From: Oscillospiraceae bacterium
GTDB lineage: Bacteria; Bacillota; Clostridia; Oscillospirales; Oscillospiraceae
Length of the DNA stretch: 64,000 nt
Assembly (NCBI GenBank): GCA_021768185.1
Contig: JAETNP010000027.1
Location: forward strand, 6,511-70,510
Reading direction: 5' to 3'
The notes beneath the pieces are model-generated. The model ran no database searches. It had not been told where the DNA came from and saw nothing but the letters and a program-made list of their open reading frames with translations. The position numbers and the translations under genes are program-made. Within the stretch, counting starts at the first letter, position 1. Each line of letters opens with the position of its first letter. Of the stretch, positions 18,180 through 27,087 are shown in pieces.

Positions 18180-19921
18180 TTTTTGTCTCCTTCACTTGTT
18201 GCCTGTGGGATGTTTTCTTCCTCAGGTATGGATGATCCCGTCAGTTCTTGATAGCTCAAAGAAGAATTGGCGTACTGATTGAGGTAGAACGCCAATCGGA
18301 TTCCATTTTTGAACCGCTCCATGTCGCTGTCCGCCGTTGTCCGCTTGATCTTCCGAATTTCGGCCAGGGCGTCGTAATGGATGGTTTTGACGCCGTCCGG
18401 AACGGTTTTGAGGGAATTTGCCAACCCCTCCCGGCGGATCATATGGCTTACGATCTGGGGCTTTTCCGGGTGGGGCCTGTAAACGCAGTTTTCGCCGCCA
18501 AAGAGCGCCCGGGCTCCGTTGGGGGTCATCACCAGAAAGCCGTTGGCATAAGGCGCTTCCCCCACCGTCAGCTCCTCGCGTTCTACAATAATCAGCCAGC
18601 CGTTCTCCTTCAGGAGCTTTTCCACATAGGCCAGCTCCTCCGCCCATGTCGTCGGGTCGATCTCATGGAATACGTTGACCATCAGCACATAATCCGCCTG
18701 TCCGCGGATCTGTTCAAGGAGCGCATCCTTGTCGTTGAAGTAGCGCTTGGACGACGAGCCGTATGTATCCATGGAGCGTTTTGCCTCGGCGGCGTAGGTG
18801 TCATATTTATCGTAGGCGTAATACTGCGCCTGCTCCACGGCGCTTTTGCCGATCTGCTGGGAGAGCTCTTCCAGCAGCCTGCACTTTCCCACGCCGAAAT
18901 CCACGATGGTCTTTCCCTGCGCGAAGAACCGCTCCAGCAGATCGTTTTGCGGATTTCTCGGCAGAGCGGAAAAAACCTCCGGATCGGTCATGCACTGCGC
19001 CGCGAAAAAATTGCACGCGTACTCGTCCGGGGCCGCCATAAGCTGCCGGATGGCGAACCGGTTGTCCTCCGAGCCGATCAGGCCGGCCAGCAAATCACTG
19101 GAATTGCTTCTGGGCAGCCGGATTTCCCCTTTAGACAGATAGAGGATCGTCGTGCTGTGGTCGAAGACAGTCAAAAAGGAGATCAGCGCCAGGGAATGGG
19201 TGGAGATCCAGAACTGGGCGTCGGGGAACTTCTTCCGCAGGGTTTGGATCAGCTCGATCTGCGCCTCGGGATGCAGATGCAGTTCAGGCTCGTCCAACAG
19301 AAAGACGACGTTTTCATTCCGTTCGTTGCGGTAACAGGCCACCGCCATCCGGAGAAGATACTGCTGTCCCGGGGACAGGCCCGATTTCCACGTATCCATG
19401 CCGAACAGCTTGGGGCATCCGTTCTCGTCCTTAGTCAGCTCCAGCCGAAACGGCGCGGCGTACTCCGTGACAAATTTTTCCCATTCCGCGCCGTCCCGGT
19501 ACGCCTCGGAGTAGCCGTTTGCCATATCCTCCAGCAGGAGCAGCGCGTTCAGCGCGGTTTCCGCATAGTCGTATTTCTGCAGGAGAGCCGTCGCCTTGCT
19601 GATGACATACGGCGTATAGCCCGCCGGGGACTGGAGCTGTGCGTCGTAGTGGGAATAATTCACAAGCTTTATTTTGGAAACCGTTTCAGCCGTGAGCCGT
19701 TCTTCCTCCGTCCCCTCTCCCGTTCCGGGGATATACAGCTCCAGATCGCCGGAGTCCGTCCCCTTCCGCAGGTCGCCGACGGTTTGTTCCAGCAGCTTGA
19801 GGAGCCTTGTCTTGCCGGAACCGTTGCTCCCGGCAAGAACGACAATGTTTCCCAAGGGGATCTTCCCGGCTTTTTGCAGTCCGTTCAGCTCTTTTCTGAT
19901 CGCTATAGACGATATTTTCAA
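18176..19921 (-). CDS. ABC/OLD-type (AAA_15/21-like) ATPase fused to a class-I SAM-methyltransferase-fold domain
   Basis: Walker A GSNGSGKT, signature-like LSPGQQ, Walker B/D-loop VFLLDEPELHLHPE, H-loop ISTHS. The C-terminal half has MTase motif I IVDFGVGKC, plus YYAYDKYD, VLMVNVFHEI and LLKENGWLIIVE. Confidence 0.7.
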   Translation of the reverse strand: MKISSIAIRKELNGLQKAGKIPLGNIVVLAGSNGSGKTRLLKLLEQTVGDLRKGTDSGDLELYIPGTGEGTEEERLTAETVSKIKLVNYSHYDAQLQSPAGYTPYVISKATALLQKYDYAETALNALLLLEDMANGYSEAYRDGAEWEKFVTEYAAPFRLELTKDENGCPKLFGMDTWKSGLSPGQQYLLRMAVACYRNERNENVVFLLDEPELHLHPEAQIELIQTLRKKFPDAQFWISTHSLALISFLTVFDHSTTILYLSKGEIRLPRSNSSDLLAGLIGSEDNRFAIRQLMAAPDEYACNFFAAQCMTDPEVFSALPRNPQNDLLERFFAQGKTIVDFGVGKCRLLEELSQQIGKSAVEQAQYYAYDKYDTYAAEAKRSMDTYGSSSKRYFNDKDALLEQIRGQADYVLMVNVFHEIDPTTWAEELAYVEKLLKENGWLIIVEREELTVGEAPYANGFLVMTPNGARALFGGENCVYRPHPEKPQIVSHMIRREGLANSLKTVPDGVKTIHYDALAEIRKIKRTTADSDMERFKNGIRLAFYLNQYANSSLSYQELTGSSIPEEENIPQATSEGDKK

Positions 19922-20182
19922 TTCCTATCTCCCGCCCTTGCTGCCGTATTTGATCCGTTCTGCCCGCCGCCGCGGACGGCGGCAGCCGCGAAACATGGCA
20001 CATATGACTCCCGCCAATGGAGGAAAGGGGGAAACGCGAACCGGCCTATCCGTCGATCTTTGCTTGACATACTAGATATAGTAGCAAAAGATTACCTGAA
20101 ACGCAAGAGGGAAATGGGACAATCCCGTAAAAATCCTCTTGGGGCATAAGCCGCGATCAGGCGCATTCCCTGGGGCCGCGCG

Positions 20183-20905
20183 TCAATCCATCCGCATGAA
20201 CCCCGTCCGTGCCGTCCGCCGCTCGAATTCCGCCAGCCCCTCCCGGAAGAGATCCACCGCCGCCTCGCCCTCGCCCCGGCGGATATGGTCGGTAAACCCC
20301 CGCAGCCGCTCCAGGCAGGACGCCGCGCCGAAGACCTCGATGTATTCCCGCCAGAACTCCAGGCTCACCGGTGAAAAGGCGTTGAGGATCAGGGGCGTAA
20401 TGGAGTTTCCGCTGAGGAAGGCGACGGTGCGGTGGTAGCGGAACAGCGCGTTGGCGAAGGGATATACCCCCTCCTTCGACGCCTCTTCCGCCTGCCGGTA
20501 CAGATCCTCCAGCTTCTCCAGGTCCTCCCCGGTATGGCAGGCGGCCAGATCCAGGAAGGCGGGACCCTCCAGATAGTAGCGGACCTTCAGGATACTGCGG
20601 CAGGTCTTGGCGTCCAGCTGTCCGCCGTGGTAGTGCATGATGGCCAGGAGGGTGTCCAGCGTTCCCGTCTGGGCGTAGTCCGCCACGGACACGCCCCGGC
20701 GGCTGGTTACATCCAGAAACCCCAGCCGGTGCAGCTCCCGGACGCCCTCATGGACGGCGGTTTTGCTGATTTTCATCTCATCCGCCAGCTCCCGCTCCGT
20801 AGGCAGCCGGTCCCCCGGGCGCAGCTGGCCGGAGAGGATCATGCCCACGATCTGCTGCACGAACAGCTCCCGGATGGAAGGCGCAACGATTTCCTTGAAT
20901 TCCAT
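20183..20905 (-). CDS. GntR-family (FadR/FCD-type) transcriptional regulator
   Basis: HTH LPTERELADEMKISKTAVHEGVRELHRLGFL plus a helical FCD domain. Start at MEFKE with AAAGGAGGG RBS. Confidence 0.85.
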   Translation of the reverse strand: MEFKEIVAPSIRELFVQQIVGMILSGQLRPGDRLPTERELADEMKISKTAVHEGVRELHRLGFLDVTSRRGVSVADYAQTGTLDTLLAIMHYHGGQLDAKTCRSILKVRYYLEGPAFLDLAACHTGEDLEKLEDLYRQAEEASKEGVYPFANALFRYHRTVAFLSGNSITPLILNAFSPVSLEFWREYIEVFGAASCLERLRGFTDHIRRGEGEAAVDLFREGLAEFERRTARTGFMRMD

Positions 20906-21105
20906 GGGACCCTCCTTTTGGTCCGACCACGACCTTAAATTTTGTCGGTCCATCTTTATGAAGAATCGCCAAAGGATGGGCCTTTACTTCCCTTATAAAA
21001 TAGCATAAAATATAGGATATGGCAAGAGCCGTCCCCGCTCCCGCCGGCTGCGGCGGACTGTGGTCCGCCCAGCCGCACGAAAGGAAAAGAGGAGGAAAAA
21101 CGAGA

Positions 21106-23898
21106 ATGGGAAAACAGACCAAATCCAACATGCCTCTGGATGAGAGCAAGCTGTCCTTCCGGATCCCCCGCACGGACCAGCCCCGGGAGAAGATCGTCAA
21201 GCTGGGCAGAATGATCACCGACCGGGTGCCCGCCAAGCTGGGCGGCGTCACCGGGGACGACCCGGAGTACTGGGGCCTGGCCGGCCTGGTCACCGACGAG
21301 ATGGCGGACGTGGCCCTGAAAATGGGGGTCCGCAAGCCCAAGACCTTCGCCCAGCTCCAGAAGCTCACCGGCCTGGAGCCGTCCAAGCTGGAGAAGCTGC
21401 TGGCGGACATGAGCCTCATTGGCCTGCTGGAGTACAACTGGGAGAACCTGGACGGGAAGAACCCCGACCACGAGAAGCGCTGGATTCTGCCCCAGTTCGT
21501 CCCCGGCAGCGCGGAGTTCTTCAACATGCGCATGGCCCAGATCGAGGAGCACCCGGAGGTTGCCGCCTTCTTTGAGCGGATGACCTTCCTGCCCCTGGAA
21601 AAGATCACCCCCATGGTGCCCCCCGGAGGGGCGGGCATCGGGATGCACGTCATCCCCGTAGAGAAGGCCATTGAGACCGAGAATAAGACTGCCAGCGTGG
21701 AGCACATCTCCCACTGGCTGAAAAAGTACGAGGGCAAGTACGCCGCCTCCCCCTGCTCCTGCCGGGCCAGCCGGGCCAAGCTGGGCGAGGGCTGCGGCGA
21801 CGACCCCGAGGGCTGGTGCATCGCGGTAGGCGACATGGCGGACTACGTGGTGGAGACCGATAAGGGCGGACGTTACATCACCTACGACGAGGTCATGGAA
21901 ATTCTCCAAAAGGCGGAGGACAACGGCTTCGTCCACCAGATCACCAACATCGACGGCGAGCAGAAGATTTTCGCCATCTGCAACTGCAACGTGAACGTGT
22001 GCAACGCCCTGCGGACCTCCCAGCTGTACAACACCCCCAACATGAGCCGTTCGGCCTACGTGGCCAAGGTGGAGCCGGAAAACTGCGTGGCCTGCGGCCG
22101 GTGCGTGGAGGTGTGTCCCGCCGGCGCGGTGAAGCTGGGCCAGAAGCTTTGTACCAAGGACGGTCCCGTGGCGTATCCCCGGCAGGAGCTGCCCGATGAG
22201 ACAAAGTGGGGTCCGGAGAAGTGGACCATCGACTACCGGGACAAGAACCGGATCAACTGCTACGACACCGGCACCTCTCCCTGCAAGACCGCCTGTCCGG
22301 CCCATATCGCCGTCCAGGGCTACCTGAAGCTGGCCGCCCAGGGCAAGTACCGGGAGGCCCTCCAACTCATCAAGCGGGAGAATCCCTTCCCCGCCGTCTG
22401 CGGCCGCATCTGCAACCGCCGGTGTGAGGACGCCTGCACCCGCGGCACCGTGGACCAGGCGGTTGCCATCGACGAGGTAAAGCGGTTCATCGCCCAGCAG
22501 GACCTGAATGCGGAGCACCGCTTCGTCCCCGAGCCCGTAGTTCCCAAGCTGCTGGGAGGCTTTGAGGAGAAGATTGCCATCATCGGCGCGGGCCCGGCGG
22601 GCCTGAGCTGCGCCTACTACTTAGCGGAGAAGGGCTACAAGCCCACCGTTTTCGAGAAGAATGAGAAACCCGGCGGCATGCTCCGCTACGGCGTTCCCTC
22701 CTTCAAGCTGGAGAAGGACGTCATCGACGCGGAGATCGACATCATCCGCCAGCTGGGCGTGGAGATCAGGTGCGGCGTCGAAGTGGGAAAGGATGTCACT
22801 CTGGACGATCTGCGCGCCCAAGGCTATAAAGCTTTTTACATTGCCATCGGCTGCCAGGGCGGCCGGAAGGCCAACATCCCCGGCGAGGATGCCGCGGGCG
22901 TCATGACCGCCGTGGACTTCCTGCGGACCGTGGGCGGCGACGAGAGTTATCCCGTCCGGGGCAAAGCTGTGGTGGTAGGCGGCGGCAACGTGGCCATCGA
23001 CGTGGCCCGCACCGCCGTGCGCTGCGGTGCTGAGAGCGTCAAAATGTTCTGCCTGGAGCCCCGGGACAGGATGCCCGCCTCCGAGGAGGAGATCGAGGAC
23101 GCGGTGTCGGACGGCGTCGCCCTGGACTGCGGCTGGGGTCCCAAGGAGATCCGTACGGAGAATGGGAAGGTCACCGGCGTAGTCTTCAAGAAGTGCGTCT
23201 CCGTCTGGGACGCCGAGGGCCGCTTCAACCCCGCCTATGACGAGGACGACACCATGACCGTGGATTGCGACCGGGTGTTCCTGAGCATCGGCCAGTCCAT
23301 CGTCTGGGGCGATTTGCTCAAGGGCAGCAAGGTGGAGCTGGGCCGGGGCCAGGGCGCCGTGGCCGACAAGCTGACCTACCAGACCGCCCAGCCCGACATT
23401 TTCGTAGGCGGCGACGTCTACACCGGCCCCAAGTTCGCCATTGACGCCATTGCCGCCGGCAAGGAGGCCGCCGTATCCCTCCACCGGTTCGTCCAGCCCA
23501 ACACCAGCCTGACCATTGGCCGCAACCGCCGGGAGTTCATCGAGCTGGACAAGAAAAACGCCCTCATCGACATCAATTACGACACCGCGCCCCGCCAGAA
23601 GCCGGGGTACAACGAGGCCCTGCGCCGCACCTTCCGGGACGGCAGCGAGACCTTCACCGAGGAGCAGGTGCGTGCGGAGACCGCCCGGTGCCTGAGCTGC
23701 GGCGCGTCGGTGGTGGACCCCAACAAGTGCATCGGCTGCGGCCTGTGTACCACCAAATGCGGCTTTGACGCCATCCATCTCCACCGGGAGCGTCCGGAGT
23801 GCAGCACCATGATCAAGGCGGAGGACAAGATGAAGGCCATCCTGCCCTACATGGTGAAGCGGGAATTCAAAATCAAGCGGGCCGGGAAGGGCAAGTAA
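21106..23898 (+). CDS. multidomain FeS flavoprotein: Cys-rich N-terminal domain + 4Fe-4S + GltD-like NAD(P)H/FAD oxidoreductase + C-terminal 2x[4Fe-4S]
   Basis: CVACGRCVEVCP; the GltD N-terminal pattern CKTACP...CGRICNRRCEDACTRG; dinucleotide motif IAIIGAGPAGLSCAYYL; VVVGGGNVAID; C-terminal CLSCG...CIGCGLCTTKC. Start at MGKQTK behind GAGGAGGA. Confidence 0.7.
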   Translation: MGKQTKSNMPLDESKLSFRIPRTDQPREKIVKLGRMITDRVPAKLGGVTGDDPEYWGLAGLVTDEMADVALKMGVRKPKTFAQLQKLTGLEPSKLEKLLADMSLIGLLEYNWENLDGKNPDHEKRWILPQFVPGSAEFFNMRMAQIEEHPEVAAFFERMTFLPLEKITPMVPPGGAGIGMHVIPVEKAIETENKTASVEHISHWLKKYEGKYAASPCSCRASRAKLGEGCGDDPEGWCIAVGDMADYVVETDKGGRYITYDEVMEILQKAEDNGFVHQITNIDGEQKIFAICNCNVNVCNALRTSQLYNTPNMSRSAYVAKVEPENCVACGRCVEVCPAGAVKLGQKLCTKDGPVAYPRQELPDETKWGPEKWTIDYRDKNRINCYDTGTSPCKTACPAHIAVQGYLKLAAQGKYREALQLIKRENPFPAVCGRICNRRCEDACTRGTVDQAVAIDEVKRFIAQQDLNAEHRFVPEPVVPKLLGGFEEKIAIIGAGPAGLSCAYYLAEKGYKPTVFEKNEKPGGMLRYGVPSFKLEKDVIDAEIDIIRQLGVEIRCGVEVGKDVTLDDLRAQGYKAFYIAIGCQGGRKANIPGEDAAGVMTAVDFLRTVGGDESYPVRGKAVVVGGGNVAIDVARTAVRCGAESVKMFCLEPRDRMPASEEEIEDAVSDGVALDCGWGPKEIRTENGKVTGVVFKKCVSVWDAEGRFNPAYDEDDTMTVDCDRVFLSIGQSIVWGDLLKGSKVELGRGQGAVADKLTYQTAQPDIFVGGDVYTGPKFAIDAIAAGKEAAVSLHRFVQPNTSLTIGRNRREFIELDKKNALIDINYDTAPRQKPGYNEALRRTFRDGSETFTEEQVRAETARCLSCGASVVDPNKCIGCGLCTTKCGFDAIHLHRERPECSTMIKAEDKMKAILPYMVKREFKIKRAGKGK

Positions 23899-23901
23899 GC
23901 C

Positions 23902-24267
23902 ATGCACGAGCTTGGGATCGTATTTCACGTCATCGACATGGTGGAAAAAGCGGCGGCGGAGAACAACGCGGAGGCGGTAGCCTCCGTCACCCTGGAGCTG
24001 GGGGAGGTGTCCGGTGTAATTCCCCACGAGCTGACCGGCTGCTGGAACTGGGCGGTGAAGAAGACGGAGCGGATGCGGGAGGCGGCGCTGGTCATCGAGA
24101 CCATCCCCGCGGTCACCTTCTGCGAGGGCTGCGGCCAGACCTACCCCACCGTGCCCCAGGGAAAGATCTGCCCCCACTGCGGCAGCGAACACACCTGGCT
24201 GCGCCAGGGCAATGAGATCCAGGTGAAGGAGATCGCCATCAAGGAGGGCCCCTATGGAAGCGTATAA
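23902..24267 (+). CDS. hypA: nickel metallochaperone HypA
   Basis: MHELGI N-terminus and the CEGCG ... CPHCG zinc site. Confidence 0.85.
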   Translation: MHELGIVFHVIDMVEKAAAENNAEAVASVTLELGEVSGVIPHELTGCWNWAVKKTERMREAALVIETIPAVTFCEGCGQTYPTVPQGKICPHCGSEHTWLRQGNEIQVKEIAIKEGPYGSV

Positions 24268-24922
24268 GGTTATCGAGATCAAGGAGAGCGTCTTTGCCGA
24301 CAACGACCGGGAGGCGGACCGCATCCGGGCGGGACTGAAGGGGGAGAAGACCTTTCTGCTGAACCTCATGTCCTCCCCCGGGGCGGGGAAGACCACCACC
24401 CTGCTGCGCACCATCGAGGCGCTGCGGGACGATCTCCGCATCGGCGTGATGGAGGCGGACATCGACTCCGACGTGGACGCGGCGGCCATCGCCAAGGCCG
24501 GCGTGCGGAGCATCCAGCTCCACACCGGCGGCATGTGCCACCTGGACGCGGGAATGACGGAGCAGGGCCTCCGGGAACTGGGCACGTCGGACCTGGACCT
24601 GGTGGTGCTGGAGAACGTGGGCAATCTGGTGTGTCCCGCGGAGTTTGACACCGGCGCGGTAAAAAACGCGATGATCCTGTCGGTGCCGGAGGGCCACGAC
24701 AAGCCTCTCAAATACCCGCTGATTTTTACCGTCTGCGACGTGCTGCTGATCAACAAGACCGACGTGCTGCCCTATTTTGACTTCGATCTGGAGAAGGTCC
24801 GGGAGTACGCCCACATGCGCAACCCCCGCCTGCAAATTTTTCCCATCTCCGCCAAAACCGGGGAGGGCGTGTCCGCCTGGACGGACTGGCTGCGGACCCA
24901 GGTCCGGGAGTGGACAAAATAA
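24254..24922 (+). CDS. hypB: nickel-incorporation GTPase HypB
   Basis: P-loop SSPGAGKTTTLL and ENVGNLVCPAEFD motifs. Overlaps hypA. Confidence 0.85.
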   Translation: MEAYKVIEIKESVFADNDREADRIRAGLKGEKTFLLNLMSSPGAGKTTTLLRTIEALRDDLRIGVMEADIDSDVDAAAIAKAGVRSIQLHTGGMCHLDAGMTEQGLRELGTSDLDLVVLENVGNLVCPAEFDTGAVKNAMILSVPEGHDKPLKYPLIFTVCDVLLINKTDVLPYFDFDLEKVREYAHMRNPRLQIFPISAKTGEGVSAWTDWLRTQVREWTK

Positions 24923-24998
24923 AAACGTGTGTTAAAAGCATTCCCGCCGGGGTTGCCCGCCGGGAGTGTGAAAAAGAGAACGAGGAGGAAATTTTCGT

Positions 24999-26042
24999 AT
25001 GTTGTTTCAGGTTTACGGCGACGGAGCCGGATGGCAGCTGCTGGGATGGCTGCTGGTATTTACAGGACTGGTGCTGGCCAACGAGGTAGCCCGGCGGAGC
25101 AAGAAGGGCGGCATTTTCTGCTTTCTGGTTCTGCCCGCCGTCCTGACGGTGTATTTCATTGCCATCTACGTCTGCGCGGCCATGGGTATGGAGTGGGCGC
25201 TGAACAACCAGACCTATACCCACATGAACAGCTGGTTCCACTACGCCAAGCTCTACGCCGCCACGGCGGGGTGCATCGGCTTTATGATGCTCAAGTACAA
25301 ATGGAGCATCGGCAAGACGGAGTGGTTCAAGGTGTTCCCCTTTGTCATTGTGGCCATCAACATCATGATCGCCGTAGTCAGCGACTTCGAGTCCGGCGTC
25401 CGGGGCTTCATGGCTCTCCGGCAGTACGGCGACCGGTGGTGGCTGTCCAGCGAGAACGTGTGGCTGTACGGCGGCTGGTGGAACTGGGTCAACGGCATTG
25501 CGGGCATCATCAACATCCTGTGCATGACCGGCTGGTGGGGGATCTACTCCTCCAAGGACCACAAGGACATGCTCTGGCCGGACATGACCTTCTACTACAT
25601 CCTGGCCTACGACCTGTGGAACTTTGAGTATACCTACAACAACCTGCCCACCCACGCCTGGTACTGCGGACTGGCTCTGCTGCTGGCCCCCACCTTCGCC
25701 AACGCTCTGTGGAACAAGGGCGGCTGGATTCAAAACCGCGCCAATACCCTGGCGCTGTGGTGCATGTTCGCCCAGGTTTTCCCCCTGTTCCAGGACGAGG
25801 GCCGTTTCGCCGTGCTGCCCACCCTGTACGCCGAGGGCGTAATGAACCCGGCAGTGCGTCCCGCGGCTGCGGCCCCCACCATGCAGGGCGTGGTGGCGGT
25901 GATTGCGCTGATGGTCAACGTGGTAGTGCTGGGCATCATCATCAAGCGCGCTGTGGAGCAGAAGCGGAACCCCTACAAGCAGGAGATTTTCCGGGACCAG
26001 AAGGACTTCCAGCTTGCCATGGCCCGGGCGGAGAAGCAGTAA
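24999..26042 (+). CDS. polytopic membrane protein of unknown function
   Basis: 347-aa, Trp/aromatic-rich, multi-TM ORF behind GAGGAGGA RBS. No family recognised with confidence. Confidence 0.6.
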   Translation: MLFQVYGDGAGWQLLGWLLVFTGLVLANEVARRSKKGGIFCFLVLPAVLTVYFIAIYVCAAMGMEWALNNQTYTHMNSWFHYAKLYAATAGCIGFMMLKYKWSIGKTEWFKVFPFVIVAINIMIAVVSDFESGVRGFMALRQYGDRWWLSSENVWLYGGWWNWVNGIAGIINILCMTGWWGIYSSKDHKDMLWPDMTFYYILAYDLWNFEYTYNNLPTHAWYCGLALLLAPTFANALWNKGGWIQNRANTLALWCMFAQVFPLFQDEGRFAVLPTLYAEGVMNPAVRPAAAAPTMQGVVAVIALMVNVVVLGIIIKRAVEQKRNPYKQEIFRDQKDFQLAMARAEKQ

Positions 26043-26217
26043 TCCCCTGGGGGCGCGGTCCGAGCCGCCGCCCCCGCATTGTGAAAGGGGTGGACAACGA
26101 TGTCCATCCCTTTCGGCTGTCAACGCCCCCCTGAATTCCCCCGCCGCGCGCCGGATCGCAGCGCCGTTTTTTCTAACCGATTTGCGGCAGATTCCCCAAA
26201 AACGACAAAACCGTGAC

Positions 26218-26246
26218 TTGACAAGAGCGGGCGATACCTATATTAT
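26218..26246 (+). promoter_or_regulatory. sigma-A-type promoter candidate for the TrmH-family gene
   Basis: TTGACA (26218-26223), a 17-nt spacer, then TATTAT (26241-26246). Confidence 0.45.
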
Positions 26247-26322
26247 AAATATCATCGGCTGACGGCGAGGTTTTCCCTGCCGGCCGATGGTAAGAATCTG
26301 CGGGAAAGGGAGGGGTGCCGCC

Positions 26323-27081
26323 ATGGCTGAACGGATCACCAGCCGGACCAACCCTCTCATGACCCATATCCGCAAGCTGGCCTCCTCCCGCTCCCACCGG
26401 TATGAGGCGGGGGAATTCCTGGGCGACGGGACAAAGCTGCTGGAGGAGGCGGTGCGCTGGGGCGCGGCGCTGACGGCGGTGGTGTATACGCCGGGGACGG
26501 CGCTGCCCGCGCTGCCGGAGGGCGTGCGGCTGGCAGAGGTCCCGGCGGACGTAATGCGGTCCATCAGTCCCATGGAGGCTCCGCAGGGGGCACTGTTCCT
26601 GGCGCGCATCCCCGTCCGAACGCTTCCGGAGACGCTTCCCGGCGGGCGGTATCTGGCGTTGGAGGGCGTCCAGGACCCGGGAAACGTGGGGACCATCCTC
26701 CGGACGGCGGACGCCTTCGGTGCAGACGGTTTGATTCTTCTTCCGGGATGTGCGGATCTTTATAACCATAAGACGGTGCGCAGCTCCATGGGAGCCGTGT
26801 TCCGGCTGCCGGTGTGGAGCTGTGACCTGAATCAATTGCAGTCCCTGGCCGCCCGGTCAGGGCTGCCCCTGCTGGGCACGGCGCTCAGAGAGGATACAAT
26901 AGATATCCGCAAGGCGGAGCTGCACCAAAGCATTGTGCTGCTGGGCAGCGAGGGGCGGGGATTGAGCGCCGGGGCGCTGGCCGCCTGCCGGCAGACGATT
27001 CGTATCCCAATGGAGGCAAGGTGTGAATCTCTCAATGTCGCCGCTGCCGCGGCGGCGGTTTTGTGGGAGGGTTATCGGTAG
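26323..27081 (+). CDS. TrmH/SpoU-family RNA 2'-O-methyltransferase
   Basis: LEGVQDPGNVGTILRTADAFG, LLGSEGRGLS, IPM..RCESLNVAAA motifs. Start at MAERIT. Confidence 0.85.
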   Translation: MAERITSRTNPLMTHIRKLASSRSHRYEAGEFLGDGTKLLEEAVRWGAALTAVVYTPGTALPALPEGVRLAEVPADVMRSISPMEAPQGALFLARIPVRTLPETLPGGRYLALEGVQDPGNVGTILRTADAFGADGLILLPGCADLYNHKTVRSSMGAVFRLPVWSCDLNQLQSLAARSGLPLLGTALREDTIDIRKAELHQSIVLLGSEGRGLSAGALAACRQTIRIPMEARCESLNVAAAAAAVLWEGYR

Positions 27082-27087
27082 CACTTG

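Noticed and set aside
20060-20100. TTGACA at ~20068 as a promoter for the defence-like cassette.
   Set aside because: It is on the plus strand, pointing away from the cassette, and lacks a convincing -10 box at proper spacing. No confident promoter could be placed in 19922-20182.
21019-21105. N-terminal extensions offered by the ORF track, e.g. 21019 for the flavoprotein, 20953 for GntR, 12504 for the kinase, 51919 for purM, 56261 for purE, 27639 for dprA, 33745 for plsX and 38624 for the antiporter.
   Set aside because: In each case an internal ATG with a good Shine-Dalgarno sequence is followed by the canonical family N-terminus. The extension is Arg/Gly-rich or runs into upstream genes or repeats.
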